The notes under the pieces: model-generated
Database searches by the model: none
What the model was told of the DNA's origin: nothing
What the model saw: only the letters and a program-made list of their open reading frames with translations
Assembly (NCBI GenBank): GCA_965203315.1
Contig: CBDBCE010000004.1
Coordinates: forward strand, 160,001 to 224,000
Direction of reading: 5' to 3'
From: Nitrosopumilus sp.
GTDB taxonomy: Archaea; Thermoproteota; Nitrososphaeria; Nitrososphaerales; Nitrosopumilaceae
DNA: 64,000 bases
In this document: one piece after another, positions 1-9,888 of the stretch
Layout of the letters: each line of letters begins with the position of its first letter
How positions within the stretch are numbered: position 1 is the first letter of the stretch
Translations under genes and position numbers: made by a program

Positions 1-482
1 CACAAAAACTCTGATGTACGAAGAAAAGGTTTTGTTGCCTTGATCTCGGCGCGAAGAGCTGTGTTCCAAAAGTTGATCTTGAGTGGTAGATCGCGCCAAC
101 TTTGAATCCATTTAGAGTACAACGTATACGCAAGAGTCTCAGATGTTGGTCGGAGCGCAAGTCGATCACCCATCTTGTTTGTACCTGAATGAGTCACCCA
201 AAAGACTTCGGGATTGAACCCGGCAAAGTGTGTCTTCTCTTTGCTGAGAAGTGACTCTGGTATCAATGTTGGTAGAAAACCGTTACGTATACCATTCTTT
301 GCAAATCTGTAATCAAATGTATTACGTAGAGACTCCCATATCGAGTACCCATCAGGTCTTAAAACTATCAATCCTTTGACTGGAGCATAATCGGCCAACT
401 CTGCCTTGATTACTAGCTGTGTATACCACTCACTAAAATCGTCCTCTTTTGCAACCGTAATTCCGACTTTCTCTTTATTCAA
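1..482 (-). CDS. proS: Prolyl-tRNA synthetase, N-terminal part (runs off window start)
   Basis: Minus-strand translation from TTG at 482: LNKEKVGITVAKEDDFSEWYTQLVIKAELADYAPVKGLIVLRPDGYSIWE..., later LRPTSET and SWRDLPLKINFWNTALR; archaeal-type ProRS motifs. Confidence 0.93.
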   Translation of the reverse strand, partial: MNKEKVGITVAKEDDFSEWYTQLVIKAELADYAPVKGLIVLRPDGYSIWESLRNTFDYRFAKNGIRNGFLPTLIPESLLSKEKTHFAGFNPEVFWVTHSGTNKMGDRLALRPTSETLAYTLYSKWIQSWRDLPLKINFWNTALRAEIKATKPFLRTSEFL

Positions 483-558
483 ACTAACAAACTATTCACT
501 TTTGTATTGGTTCTATAAACTTGATGCTCTTGATAAAAAAGGGAGTGATGATTTCGTA

Positions 559-1035
559 CTAGTCTTCTAATGTAGCACGTAACATCCAAGCTGTCTTTTC
601 ATGTTTCTCAAGTAGGCCGGTCATAAAGTCTTCTGTACCAACATCGCCATACTCGTCACCTATCTTTGGTATATCTGCTCTGATACTCTTGATGATCGTC
701 TCGTGATCTGCAAGCAAATTCGCAGTCATCGTCTTTGCATCAGGATACGTACCTGGATGTTCCTTGAGGCGAGTCTTTCTCTGAAACTCATCTAGTGACG
801 CATCTACTTTTACTCCTAGTGCTCTTATGCGCTCTGCAATGTCATCCATGTCTGTAGCCAATTCATCATATTGTTCTTCAAAGACCTTGTGATAGTCGTT
901 AAAATGTGGTCCTGTCACGTTCCAATGATACCTACGAGTCTTGGTGTACAGAACAAACTCGTCTGCAAGTAGATCTGTTAGGATTGCAGATATCTTTTCT
1001 CGATTTTGTTCATCGATACTTATGTCTGGTTTCAT
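559..1035 (-). CDS. dps: Dps / ferritin-like DNA-protection protein
   Basis: HWNVTGPHF..H..FEEQY...DDIAERIRALG ferroxidase signature; C-terminal HEKTAWML. Confidence 0.93.
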   Translation of the reverse strand: MKPDISIDEQNREKISAILTDLLADEFVLYTKTRRYHWNVTGPHFNDYHKVFEEQYDELATDMDDIAERIRALGVKVDASLDEFQRKTRLKEHPGTYPDAKTMTANLLADHETIIKSIRADIPKIGDEYGDVGTEDFMTGLLEKHEKTAWMLRATLED

Positions 1036-1068
1036 AATCTAATTAGGATTGATTATTATTTAAATGTT

Positions 1069-1087
1069 ATTATTATTTAGTAATAAT
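1069..1087. promoter_or_regulatory. Candidate Fur/PerR-type operator between divergent dps and fur
   Basis: AT-rich inverted repeat ATTATTA-TTTAG-TAATAAT next to the dps TATA-like element (~1058-1064); functional role is inferred from context. Confidence 0.45.
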
Positions 1088-1151
1088 TATTTTATGAGTG
1101 TGATTTCTATATGATACTAAATATTAAATACCCGTGATCTTTACCATATGT

Positions 1152-1574
1152 ATGGGCATGGATAATGCCATATCGGCTCTCAAAAAAGAAGGCTTTAGGA
1201 TAACGCCTCAGAGGATAGCAATTGTAGACTGCATTCTCAAGACCACCGAACATCCAACTGCTGAACGAATTCACAAGATTGTTAGACGTAAACACCCTAT
1301 GGTTAGCCTCTCCACGATATACAAGACACTCGATCTATTGAAGGATAGACATCTAGTAAACGAGCTAGAAGTGGGTGGCGAAACAAGATTTGATGCACAT
1401 ACGGACGAACATATCAATCTGATCTGTATGAACTGTTCCAAGATTGAAGATGTTGACGACGACTCTCTAAAAGAGATTCGGCAAAGAGTGACTGAGAGAT
1501 CACGTTATCATATTGTACGGGGCAACATCGAACTATTTGGATACTGTAACAATTGTAAATCTAAATTCACATGA
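1152..1574 (+). CDS. Fur/PerR family transcriptional regulator
   Basis: RITPQR, HPTAE, SLSTIYKTL, H.NLICMNC and terminal CNNC Zn motifs; start taken at ATG 1152 (or 1158) after TATA-like ATTAAATA. Confidence 0.9.
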   Translation: MGMDNAISALKKEGFRITPQRIAIVDCILKTTEHPTAERIHKIVRRKHPMVSLSTIYKTLDLLKDRHLVNELEVGGETRFDAHTDEHINLICMNCSKIEDVDDDSLKEIRQRVTERSRYHIVRGNIELFGYCNNCKSKFT

Positions 1575-1912
1575 TCTCTGCTTCATACTCTGATATCACA
1601 AACATTACTCAAACTAATGATCTTGTTCATTTGTGATATATTCTATTCAATAACGATGTGACTCTCATCTGGCAATCGTTCATGTAGACTGTATACGTAT
1701 TTCTTTTACCTCGTACAAATTGAGGTACAATGAAACACACCTGTGTGATTTCTAAAGGCAAATTGGTTTATTGTTGTCATGTTTTATGATTGGGCATAGA
1801 ACACTCTCAACAATACGCATACAGTCTCTGTGTATCATTCTACAATAACCTAACGCTGTCTTGTGGATCTAGTACTATTTGTACATCTGTAAATAGATCC
1901 ATAACCATTGTC

Positions 1913-2242
1913 TCACGCGTCTTGATTTTCATCCCTACTTGTGTTTTGTAGAGCAAGTAAGATCGAGTTTATCTTTGACATGATATCTTGTTGTCTTTTG
2001 GGGTCTGTCTCCTCTTTAAGATCATTAGAGAGTGCGACAAGTTGCTCTCTCAAAACATCATCCGTCTGTGGTTCAACATTCTCTTGAATCTTACGCTCTT
2101 CAGGCTCTCTACCACAACATATGCACAAAGCATTGCCATCTTTCATGACTCTAACGCCTTGGCAATATGGACAAGGTTGGCTTAGTAGTGTTGCACCATT
2201 TAAGAGCAGCTTTGCAGCACGTTTTATTAGATTATCCGACAT
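1913..2242 (-). CDS. UPF0148 / autoantigen p27-like Zn-ribbon protein
   Basis: AAKLLLNGATLLSQPCPYC...ALCICC motif typical of this archaeal family. Confidence 0.75.
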   Translation of the reverse strand: MSDNLIKRAAKLLLNGATLLSQPCPYCQGVRVMKDGNALCICCGREPEERKIQENVEPQTDDVLREQLVALSNDLKEETDPKRQQDIMSKINSILLALQNTSRDENQDA

Positions 2243-2388
2243 CTCTTGTTATTGGATATGTCTTGCTAAAAAATCCCGCTGTTGTAGGTTCTGTGAAGTT
2301 ATAGGGACATGAAAATTTAAGCGTGAAATCTCAAGATCATCATCTCATGTAAAATAAATTAAAATACCAGTCTATTTGATACAAAAAA

Positions 2389-2640
2389 TTAGGTTTGGTA
2401 AAAGTTTATAAAATATGGCTTGCCGTTTCTTATTTCAAAAATTATGCACAAATGATTTGTAAATTCGAGTTTATGATGACGCTGTTGTGGACATGTTTCA
2501 CAATCAGTTAAAGACAGTAAGTCATCTCTACCGTACATCCATTCAGCACAATAGAGAATTGTTTCTTTGACATCCTGATTTTGAGCATATTCAAGCTTAC
2601 TCTTAAAACGTCTGGTGCAATAATCATGTATATTCCACAT
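2389..2640 (-). CDS. Small RelE/ParE-like putative toxin (copy 1)
   Basis: 83 aa, YCTRRFKSK ... TCP..HHKLEFTNHLCIIFEIRNGKPYFINFY; size and beta-rich C-terminus resemble the RelE fold; paralog at 14175-14449. Confidence 0.5.
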   Translation of the reverse strand: MWNIHDYCTRRFKSKLEYAQNQDVKETILYCAEWMYGRDDLLSLTDCETCPQQRHHKLEFTNHLCIIFEIRNGKPYFINFYQT

Positions 2641-2660
2641 CTAACATTCACCAAAAAAAA

Positions 2661-2780
2661 TTAATTGGATGTGCTTTTTTCTAAGCCTACTTGTTTATCC
2701 ATTTCAAACTGGACAACTATTTCCGCATCCCTGTCAGTCCAAGTGGTCTTGACTGTTTTGGGCTCTTGTGTTCGATCCAT
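2661..2780 (-). CDS. 39-aa micro-ORF, putative antitoxin (copy 1)
   Basis: MDRTQEPKTVKTTWTDRDAEIVVQFEMDKQVGLEKSTSN, absent from ORF track; paralog at 14038-14172 in the same gene order. Confidence 0.6.
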   Translation of the reverse strand: MDRTQEPKTVKTTWTDRDAEIVVQFEMDKQVGLEKSTSN

Positions 2781-3332
2781 ATATAATATAACATAGTTCT
2801 ATATATTAAAGATTCCTATGATATCGCCGATACAGATAATGGTACCAAACTACATTAGCACCAAAATGGCATATGCTCGAGTCAATTGTTGATGATCTAC
2901 GTCTATTCAAAGATGAGCCCCCTAGATAGACGATCTAGATTGATTCAGAACAGTTGACATTTCATATTGAGGTTTGTAGCGAAATTAATAACTTGTAATA
3001 TTGTACAATCATGTTTTCTAAAGGTAAATTTTAAACAATTTTATACATTTTATTTATTTGCATAATAAACATATCAATATGAATAATGTCAAGTATACAA
3101 GATTATGCATTCAATATTGTAATTTGCGATCTTTCGTGGCTATGTTCTCAGGTCCCTATAACTTCACAGAGCCCTGCTGTATGGATATTTTTCTGTTCTA
3201 GAACATGTACACTTCACAAAATATTTCATCAATGTGTCTAGAGTATGAAAGTTATCACATGATCTATGCTGTGTTGTCTGAGACAACCCTTTATTCTAAA
3301 GACACAAATGAATCATAAAATGGATCAAATTT

Positions 3333-3424
3333 GGACCGGTCGTCTAGTTTGGTTTGGATGACGCACTCACACTGCGTAAGGATGATTCCCGCAAAGGTCG
3401 TGGGTTCAAATCCCATCCGGTCCA
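3333..3424 (+). tRNA. tRNA-Val(CAC) with 17-nt non-canonical intron (3379-3395, variable region ~44/45)
   Basis: Acceptor GGACCGG/CCGGTCC, anticodon stem ACGCA/TGCGT with CAC at 3368-3370, T-arm GTGGG-TTCAAAT-CCCAT; removing AGGATGATTCCCGCAAA gives a 75-nt cloverleaf. Confidence 0.92.
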
Positions 3425-3797
3425 TTACATAAAATCGGATCTTGTGGTTATTGCGAGATTGACTTTTGCATTGTGCTATCATAAATTACAACTGTAATTC
3501 AAATGATGGTGAGAGGTTCCACCATAATTGATCTATGAATGAATTATCTGCCTATCGCCTTGTCATTGGCTCTTCGTCAGGTCCATCATTGAACTCACGA
3601 ATTATGCGTGGGAACATCACTCTTTTTGCGTTATTTGTGATTCGCTTCATGTATGAATCAACATCTTTGATTCTATTATAGAACAAGGCAATAGTATGCA
3701 TATCGTGAATACTATAGCTACTTTGTATAATATTGATTGGAAAGCGAAATAGCCCTATATGATCTAATTAAAATGCAACTGAATCTAACCTTGTTAT

Positions 3798-3929
3798 GTG
3801 AAGGCTAGATTTAACGGCAAATGTGTGGAGTGTGGTGAAGCGATCAAAGTTGGAAAAGAGATCGCTAAAAATTCTAAAGAACAATGGGTACACAAAGCTT
3901 GTTCTGATATTGAAGATGAACTACCATGA
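3798..3929 (+). CDS. 43-aa small Zn-finger protein
   Basis: GTG start; MKARFNGKCVECGEAIKVGKEIAKNSKEQWVHKACSDIEDELP with CxxC...HxxC; below ORF-track cutoff. Confidence 0.7.
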   Translation: MKARFNGKCVECGEAIKVGKEIAKNSKEQWVHKACSDIEDELP

Positions 3930-4001
3930 TCGCATAAAGTGTACGATTTTCGATCATTTGATCTTGTAAATATTTTTAATGTGACTAGATCGACACTCGA
4001 C

Positions 4002-5336
4002 ATGATGGAAAAGTTTCTGATCGTTGGAAGTGGAGGCCGTGAGAGTGCATTTGCAATACATTTGGTTAGAGACGCACAACTATATGCTGTAATGTCTCAC
4101 AAAAATCCATCGATCATAGATTGTGTGTTGGAGACTGGAGGACAATACATAGTATCTGATCCAAACGATCCCGAGACTGTTTTGACGTTTGCAAAAGAGT
4201 TTGATGTAGATTATGTATTTGTGAATGCAGATCAACCTCTAGCCAACGGTGTAGTAGATCTCTTGTTGGATAATAATTTTAAAACTATTGGAGGAACAAA
4301 GGCTGCAACCAGAATCGAGTGGGACAAGATATACTCTATCGAACTGATGCAACGCATATGCCCAGAGTTTACGCCGTTTTACAAGATCGTATCTAGTCGT
4401 GATGATCTGACTGATGCATTATATGAGTTTGAATCAAGAGGAATACCCGTTGTTGTAAAACCGCAAGGACTTACAGGTGGCAAGGGTGTTAAGGTTATGC
4501 CTGAGCATCTAGAGACATATGATGACTGTAAAGACTATGCTGCAAAACTATTGGCAAGTGATGGTAAAGTCTTGTTAGTTGAAAAGTTGAACGGTATCGA
4601 GTTTACCATTATGGGAATCACTGATGGTCAAAGTCTAGTGTTATCTCCTGCAAGTTATGATTATCCATTTCGATATGATGGTGATCTCGGACCAGGAACT
4701 GGAGGAATGGGCTGTTTCACTAGTCCAAAGATACTGCCGTTTATGACTGATAGAGATCTTGTTGATTGTAAAACAATAATGCAACGAGTGATTGACGAGC
4801 TGAGAGATCAAGGTCTATTATTCAATGGCGTACTCAATGGTGGATTCTTTAAGACAAGACAGGGTATACGATTCATGGAGTTCAACAGTCGCTTTGGTGA
4901 TCCAGAGGTTTTGAACATTCTAAGTGTCTTGAACAGTTCTTTCTCTGATCTACTGATCCATATCTGTAATCAAACACTATCTGATGACATTGTATCATTT
5001 ACAGAAAAGTCTAGCGTTAGCAAGTATCTGGTAGCCACAGAATATCCTTCTTCTAGTGAAGAGCCACTGTCATTTACTGTAAACGAAACTGCAATCAAAG
5101 CGATGGGAATAGAGATACTCTTTGCATCGTGTATAAAGACTGGTGACCATCAATATCAGACTCTCAAGAGCTCTCGTGTTGTTGGGCTTGTTGCCACTGC
5201 CGACAAGATCGAAGAGGCATCTAGACTGATCAACGATGCGATCGACTCTCATATTGTTGGTAAATTGGAGTACCGTAGAGATATTGGTTCATCTGAGAAT
5301 ATTGCAAAACTGCTAGATGTGGCCAGAGATCTCTGA
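4002..5336 (+). CDS. purD: Phosphoribosylamine-glycine ligase
   Basis: LIVGSGGRE, VVVKPQGLTGGKGV, GPGTGGMG, EFNSRFGDPE, YRRDIG motifs. Confidence 0.93.
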   Translation: MMEKFLIVGSGGRESAFAIHLVRDAQLYAVMSHKNPSIIDCVLETGGQYIVSDPNDPETVLTFAKEFDVDYVFVNADQPLANGVVDLLLDNNFKTIGGTKAATRIEWDKIYSIELMQRICPEFTPFYKIVSSRDDLTDALYEFESRGIPVVVKPQGLTGGKGVKVMPEHLETYDDCKDYAAKLLASDGKVLLVEKLNGIEFTIMGITDGQSLVLSPASYDYPFRYDGDLGPGTGGMGCFTSPKILPFMTDRDLVDCKTIMQRVIDELRDQGLLFNGVLNGGFFKTRQGIRFMEFNSRFGDPEVLNILSVLNSSFSDLLIHICNQTLSDDIVSFTEKSSVSKYLVATEYPSSSEEPLSFTVNETAIKAMGIEILFASCIKTGDHQYQTLKSSRVVGLVATADKIEEASRLINDAIDSHIVGKLEYRRDIGSSENIAKLLDVARDL

Positions 5337-5547
5337 TCTCATCTGTATCGCATACTGTACGGTACGTGCTTTCTGTACAGTCGATACAGTACAGATACAG
5401 TACAGATTCATATCATATCAAATGTTATAACGATCCAACATCTTGCGTATTGTCAGACAGTATTGTCAGCTAGTTCTGGTGAACCAAAATGAGAGTCTAA
5501 TATGAAACATTCATGCGTAAATTTTTTAAGTTAATCGTATTCATGTA

Positions 5548-5976
5548 ATGTTGTTGAAGACAAAAACTCTCATTATGACTATCGCAGCAGTGATGATGAT
5601 CGCAGCAGTTGTACCTCAAATCGCATCTGCTCAAGACCAATCAAACGCAGTGACAATAACTCCATTAAATGATGAGATCAGCATCAAAGAGATCGAACTG
5701 ACGATGAGTGTCCCTGTCGATAATACATTTCCTTGGGGTACAGTTAAAGGTGGACCATCCGAGTACGTGGAACGTTATCCAATAATCATACAGTTCTATA
5801 AAGATGAAGAGCCTGTACATGTTGCGCAGGTTGGCGTAAAAGGAGACGGTTCTTACGAGTATCGATTTCGAGCTGGGATGCTAGATTCTGAAACAGGCAA
5901 GTTTGTGAACTTTTTTAGTGGTGACTATACAGTAAAGATATTTCGTGTAGTTCCAAATACTACTCAAACTGTCTAA
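5548..5976 (+). CDS. Secreted hypothetical protein
   Basis: N-terminal signal peptide ending ASA-Q; beta-rich body with V.GDGSYEY.F motif. Confidence 0.7.
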   Translation: MLLKTKTLIMTIAAVMMIAAVVPQIASAQDQSNAVTITPLNDEISIKEIELTMSVPVDNTFPWGTVKGGPSEYVERYPIIIQFYKDEEPVHVAQVGVKGDGSYEYRFRAGMLDSETGKFVNFFSGDYTVKIFRVVPNTTQTV

Positions 5977-6051
5977 TTTTTTTAACTATTATACAACGTG
6001 ATACAATATCTACTCCGCTGAACTCTTATATCGAATATTCTGCATCGTTGT

Positions 6052-6591
6052 ATGAGTAAGAACTTTTGGCATGACATTGAATCTGGAACAGATGTACCAG
6101 AGATAATCAACGTTATAGTTGAGATACCAAAAGGTTCTATGAACAAATACGAGTACGACAAGACGCACAACATGATAAAACTAGATCGTGTCCTTTTTTC
6201 TCCATTTCATTACCCTGGTGACTATGGAATAGTTCCACAAACACTCTCTGAGGACGGTGATCCTCTAGACGCTCTAGTGCTAGTTACAAATCCAACATAT
6301 CCTGGAATATTGATAGAGGCGAGACCAATAGGTCTGTTGCAGATGCGTGATGACGGTAAATTGGATGATAAGATAGTATGTGTTTCAATAAATGACCCTA
6401 GATATCTACACACAAATGATATCTCTGACATTGAAGATCACTATCGTTCTGAGACTGCCCACTTTTTTCAAGTGTATAAAGATCTGGAGGGGAAGAAAGT
6501 TGATATCTTGGGCTGGAAGTCTGCTAAAGAAGCAAAACTAGTTGTGATCGAGTCGATAAAGCGCTACAAGAACACGTTAAAAAAATTCTAG
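6052..6591 (+). CDS. ppa: Inorganic pyrophosphatase (family I)
   Basis: EIPKGSMNKYEYDK, YG..PQT, DGDPLDALV signature. Confidence 0.96.
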   Translation: MSKNFWHDIESGTDVPEIINVIVEIPKGSMNKYEYDKTHNMIKLDRVLFSPFHYPGDYGIVPQTLSEDGDPLDALVLVTNPTYPGILIEARPIGLLQMRDDGKLDDKIVCVSINDPRYLHTNDISDIEDHYRSETAHFFQVYKDLEGKKVDILGWKSAKEAKLVVIESIKRYKNTLKKF

Positions 6592-6795
6592 TATTGCAAC
6601 CATGTATAATCCAGCGTTTGAGTTCTGTAAAAATCAAGTAGCATGATGTATTGATCTATGATTTGGATTAAAGTATGTGTAGATGTAACTTCTACATTTG
6701 AGTATTAGCTGTTTACTGCCTGTTAATTCATCAATAGTTCATCGTCATGGTCAAGTTCCAATTGATTTTTTAATGGTCATATTACACACTATCTT

Positions 6796-8553
6796 ATGTA
6801 TAAATCAGGACCGTGGAGTCTAGATGAGATTACTATTGATCCTAACAGTGATGAATTTCAACAAAAGATTAAAGACATGCAACGAGACGTATCTAAATTT
6901 AAAAAGACTACACTATCATCAAATATCTCATCAAAAAAGTTCGTCAAAATATTAAATGATATAGAAAATATCTCGTCTCAGAGAAGCAAGCTAGTCGGTT
7001 ATGCACATTTGTCACATGCTGCCAATACCCAGTCTGATGAAGCGACAACACTGTTGACTCGAATGTCTGTCTTAAACTCTGAGATTGCAAATCAGACGCT
7101 GTTCTTTGATTTGTGGTGGAAGCGTCTTGATAAACGAAACGCGAATCGTCTCACAAAGAGTGCTGGTAATCTGCAAGAGTATCTTAAACACAAACGAATG
7201 ATCGCAAAGTACACTCTAAGTGAACCAGAAGAAAAGATAATCAACACTTTGGATGTGACTGGAGCATCTGCCCTCGTAAAATTGTATGACAAGATAACCA
7301 ACGTCTTTGAGTACCAAATGAAGATAAAATCCAAGATTCGAAAGATGACTCGAGAAGAACTAACAAACTATGTACGTAGTAATAATGCCAATACACGTCG
7401 TACTGCGTACAAAACAATTCTTACAAAGTATGATCAAAGCCGTGGTGTTTTGGGCGAAATTTATCAAAACCTCGTCTTAAATTGGCGAGATGAAGGACTC
7501 AGGATTCGTGGATATGACTCACCAATATCGATGCGAAACATTGCAAACAATATCGATGATGAGACCATCAAGTCTCTTTTAGAGACCTGTGAACGAAACA
7601 GATCTGTGTTTCAAAGATTCTTTGTCCAAAAAGCCAAGATGCTAAAGATGAAACGTCTACGACGATACGACATATACGCTCCAATATCCAAATCTTATAA
7701 ACATCAATACTCGTATGACGCAGCCGTCAAGCTGGTTTTAGAGTCGTTTGGAAAGTTCAGTGATACGTTAAAAGATTATGCAGAGAGAGTCTTTGAACAG
7801 AATCATGTAGACTCTGAGATAAGACTCGGCAAGCGTGATGGCGCCTTTTGTAGTACGCTTGCACCTGATGTCACACCGTTTGTACTACTGAACTTTACTG
7901 GTCAAACTAGAGATGTCTTTACACTCGCACACGAGATTGGTCATGCTGTACATAGTCAAGCAGCTGAAAAACACTCTATTCTAGTTCAAGATGCACCATT
8001 GCCCATATCAGAGACTGCGTCAACTTTTGGTGAATTGTTACTGTATCATAACATGTCAGAACAAGTATCTAACAAACAAAAGATGATCATGCTAGCTGAA
8101 AAGATCGATGATCTATACGCTACGATAATGCGCCAATCATTCTTTACTATATTTGAGGTAACTGCACACGAGCAGATAGATAAAGGAAGCACAATTGAAC
8201 AGATCTCGAATACATATCTTGAGAATATAAAATCTCAGTTTGGAACTGCTGTTGAGGTATCTGATGATTTTGCAGTAGAGTGGTCGTGTATCCCACACTT
8301 TTTTCATACGCCGTTCTATTGTTATGCCTACTCGTTTGGCAACCTCTTGACTCTATCTCTATTTCAACGATATCTAAAAGAAGGCAAAGACTTTGTACCT
8401 TCGTATATCGAGATCCTCACTGCCGGTGGAACGCAAAAACCAGAAACTCTGCTTGACAAATATGGATTTGATATACGCTCTTCAAAGTTTTGGCAACAGG
8501 GTTTTGACTATATAGATTCACAGATACATGAACTAGAATCATTAAGGGGCTGA
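6796..8553 (+). CDS. pepF: Oligoendopeptidase F (peptidase M3B)
   Basis: GKRDGAFC, TLAHEIGHAVH (HExxH), ETASTFGE, W..IPHFF..PFYCYAY. Confidence 0.9.
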   Translation: MYKSGPWSLDEITIDPNSDEFQQKIKDMQRDVSKFKKTTLSSNISSKKFVKILNDIENISSQRSKLVGYAHLSHAANTQSDEATTLLTRMSVLNSEIANQTLFFDLWWKRLDKRNANRLTKSAGNLQEYLKHKRMIAKYTLSEPEEKIINTLDVTGASALVKLYDKITNVFEYQMKIKSKIRKMTREELTNYVRSNNANTRRTAYKTILTKYDQSRGVLGEIYQNLVLNWRDEGLRIRGYDSPISMRNIANNIDDETIKSLLETCERNRSVFQRFFVQKAKMLKMKRLRRYDIYAPISKSYKHQYSYDAAVKLVLESFGKFSDTLKDYAERVFEQNHVDSEIRLGKRDGAFCSTLAPDVTPFVLLNFTGQTRDVFTLAHEIGHAVHSQAAEKHSILVQDAPLPISETASTFGELLLYHNMSEQVSNKQKMIMLAEKIDDLYATIMRQSFFTIFEVTAHEQIDKGSTIEQISNTYLENIKSQFGTAVEVSDDFAVEWSCIPHFFHTPFYCYAYSFGNLLTLSLFQRYLKEGKDFVPSYIEILTAGGTQKPETLLDKYGFDIRSSKFWQQGFDYIDSQIHELESLRG

Positions 8554-8704
8554 CAGCCCAACGCACGGACTGCCAGCTTTGTACCCCAACGGTTTGAATT
8601 CCGATGTCGATATTGCTCTACCGTCCTGTGATTTAAACGTTAGAGCCTAAACTCGTACATGTGCAGTTTAGTATGTGGCATCTGTGAGAACTTTTACTTG
8701 ACAT

Positions 8705-9235
8705 CATCTCAGAGTATTGTTGGTTGACTTTTCTTTATTCTTTTAAACATCCAAATTAACTTTGTTCCAGATTTGATCGATTTTGTAAATTTAAGATTCT
8801 CATATAACTTTGTCTTGGTTTGTATGTAGGATGATATACCTACATCCAATTTTATGACTAGTTCTTCTAGCTAGTCCTACAATAAATTTAACTATCATTC
8901 TTCCGAGACCTTTATGTCTAAACGGTTTATCAATACCCATCTACCCCAACAATATGCAAGTGTATGTAGTAATCGATATTTTACTAACTATCTTTCACTC
9001 AAATGCTTTGTTGATATTCCATTCATAAATAATGTGAAACACCCAACCAAATTATTTTCGTATAGTACAACAAAGAGAGAGCACAAGTCACTGTCTAAAA
9101 AATGCTTTACTTTGGTCTTGAAAAAATTATCTACATTTAAGGGATCTGATCCATCATCTTCTGTAAAATCCAATTTAGCGATATCATCGCCATGATTATA
9201 TTCTCTTATGAGTATGGAATTCGTATTTAACGTCA
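8705..9235 (-). pseudogene. GNAT acetyltransferase toxin (TacT/AtaT-like), disrupted
   Basis: ORF 8988-9257 stops early; a second frame continues ILLG*MGIDKPFRHKGLGRMIVKFIVGLARRTSHKIGCRYIILH (acetyl-CoA-binding loop) with stops and frameshifts. Confidence 0.7.
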
Positions 9236-9457
9236 TGATGAATTTGTTTTTGCACACATCTCAGCATAAAATTCATCCGCCTCTTCCAACCACTTTATTT
9301 CGCTTTGAGTGAGTGGCCTACGATCATGCTCCAGAAATCGCTTTGCGTCATCACCAGTCAGCACTGGCATTCCAAGTAATGCAAAAGTGTTATCTGCTTT
9401 GACCTCATCCGTGTCCATATTGTACTGTATATTTACGGCAATATAACGATTAGCCAC
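9233..9457 (-). CDS. Putative antitoxin of the GNAT module (DUF1778-like C-terminus)
   Basis: PVLTGDDAKRFLEHDRRP motif; directly upstream of and overlapping the GNAT gene. Confidence 0.5.
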   Translation of the reverse strand: MANRYIAVNIQYNMDTDEVKADNTFALLGMPVLTGDDAKRFLEHDRRPLTQSEIKWLEEADEFYAEMCAKTNSS

Positions 9458-9513
9458 ATTACAAATTCATTCGTCTCTAACCCAGTGTCTAGGTCAAGCA
9501 CATAATCCGACAC

Positions 9514-9774
9514 GGATCTTTTTGATTTACATGGGGTGGCATTTTACAAGACTTTTCCCCTAGACTGCATGCGTATTATTAAGAGTGCCCATGCCAATCA
9601 TCAAACACGATAACAATGAATCAATCTGCCTCTAGAAAGTACACCGGTATTTTATTGTACCTTAAAATGTGCGTGTGATATAAGAAATATGCATACAGTC
9701 TCCTAAAGTACCCATACGAAATCTTGTAGTATTTTTTCTATAAAAATTCTACTTTGCGTAAATCGAAAAGATCA
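9514..9774 (+). mobile_element. MITE family A, long copy (~260 bp)
   Basis: Ends GGATCTTTTTGATTTAC...GTAAATCGAAAAGATC; interior co-linear with 58803-59058 (e.g. CATGCCAATCATCAAACA, TTTTATTGTACCTTAAAA). Confidence 0.75.
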
Positions 9775-9888
9775 GATCAAACCATTGATTGATAGTATTT
9801 TGTACACCACTCACCAAAAACATGAGGCGACACATATTATTCAAAGCGAGTCAATACAATATGACCGGTAAGAGAAAATAAAAAAGAG

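Larger units (their letters stand above)
2287..3173. mobile_element. Non-autonomous TIR-bounded element (IS6-like ends) carrying a two-gene cargo
   Basis: Left end GGTTCTGTGAAGTTATAGGGAC (2287), right end GTCCCTATAACTTCACAGAGCC (to 3173); flanking 8-bp near-duplication CTGTTGTA (2279-2286) / CTGCTGTA (3174-3181); no transposase ORF inside. Confidence 0.8.

Noticed and set aside
5340-5410. Short GATACAGTACA repeats and weak hairpin after purD
   Set aside because: Only two short copies, no similar element noticed elsewhere; most likely local slippage.
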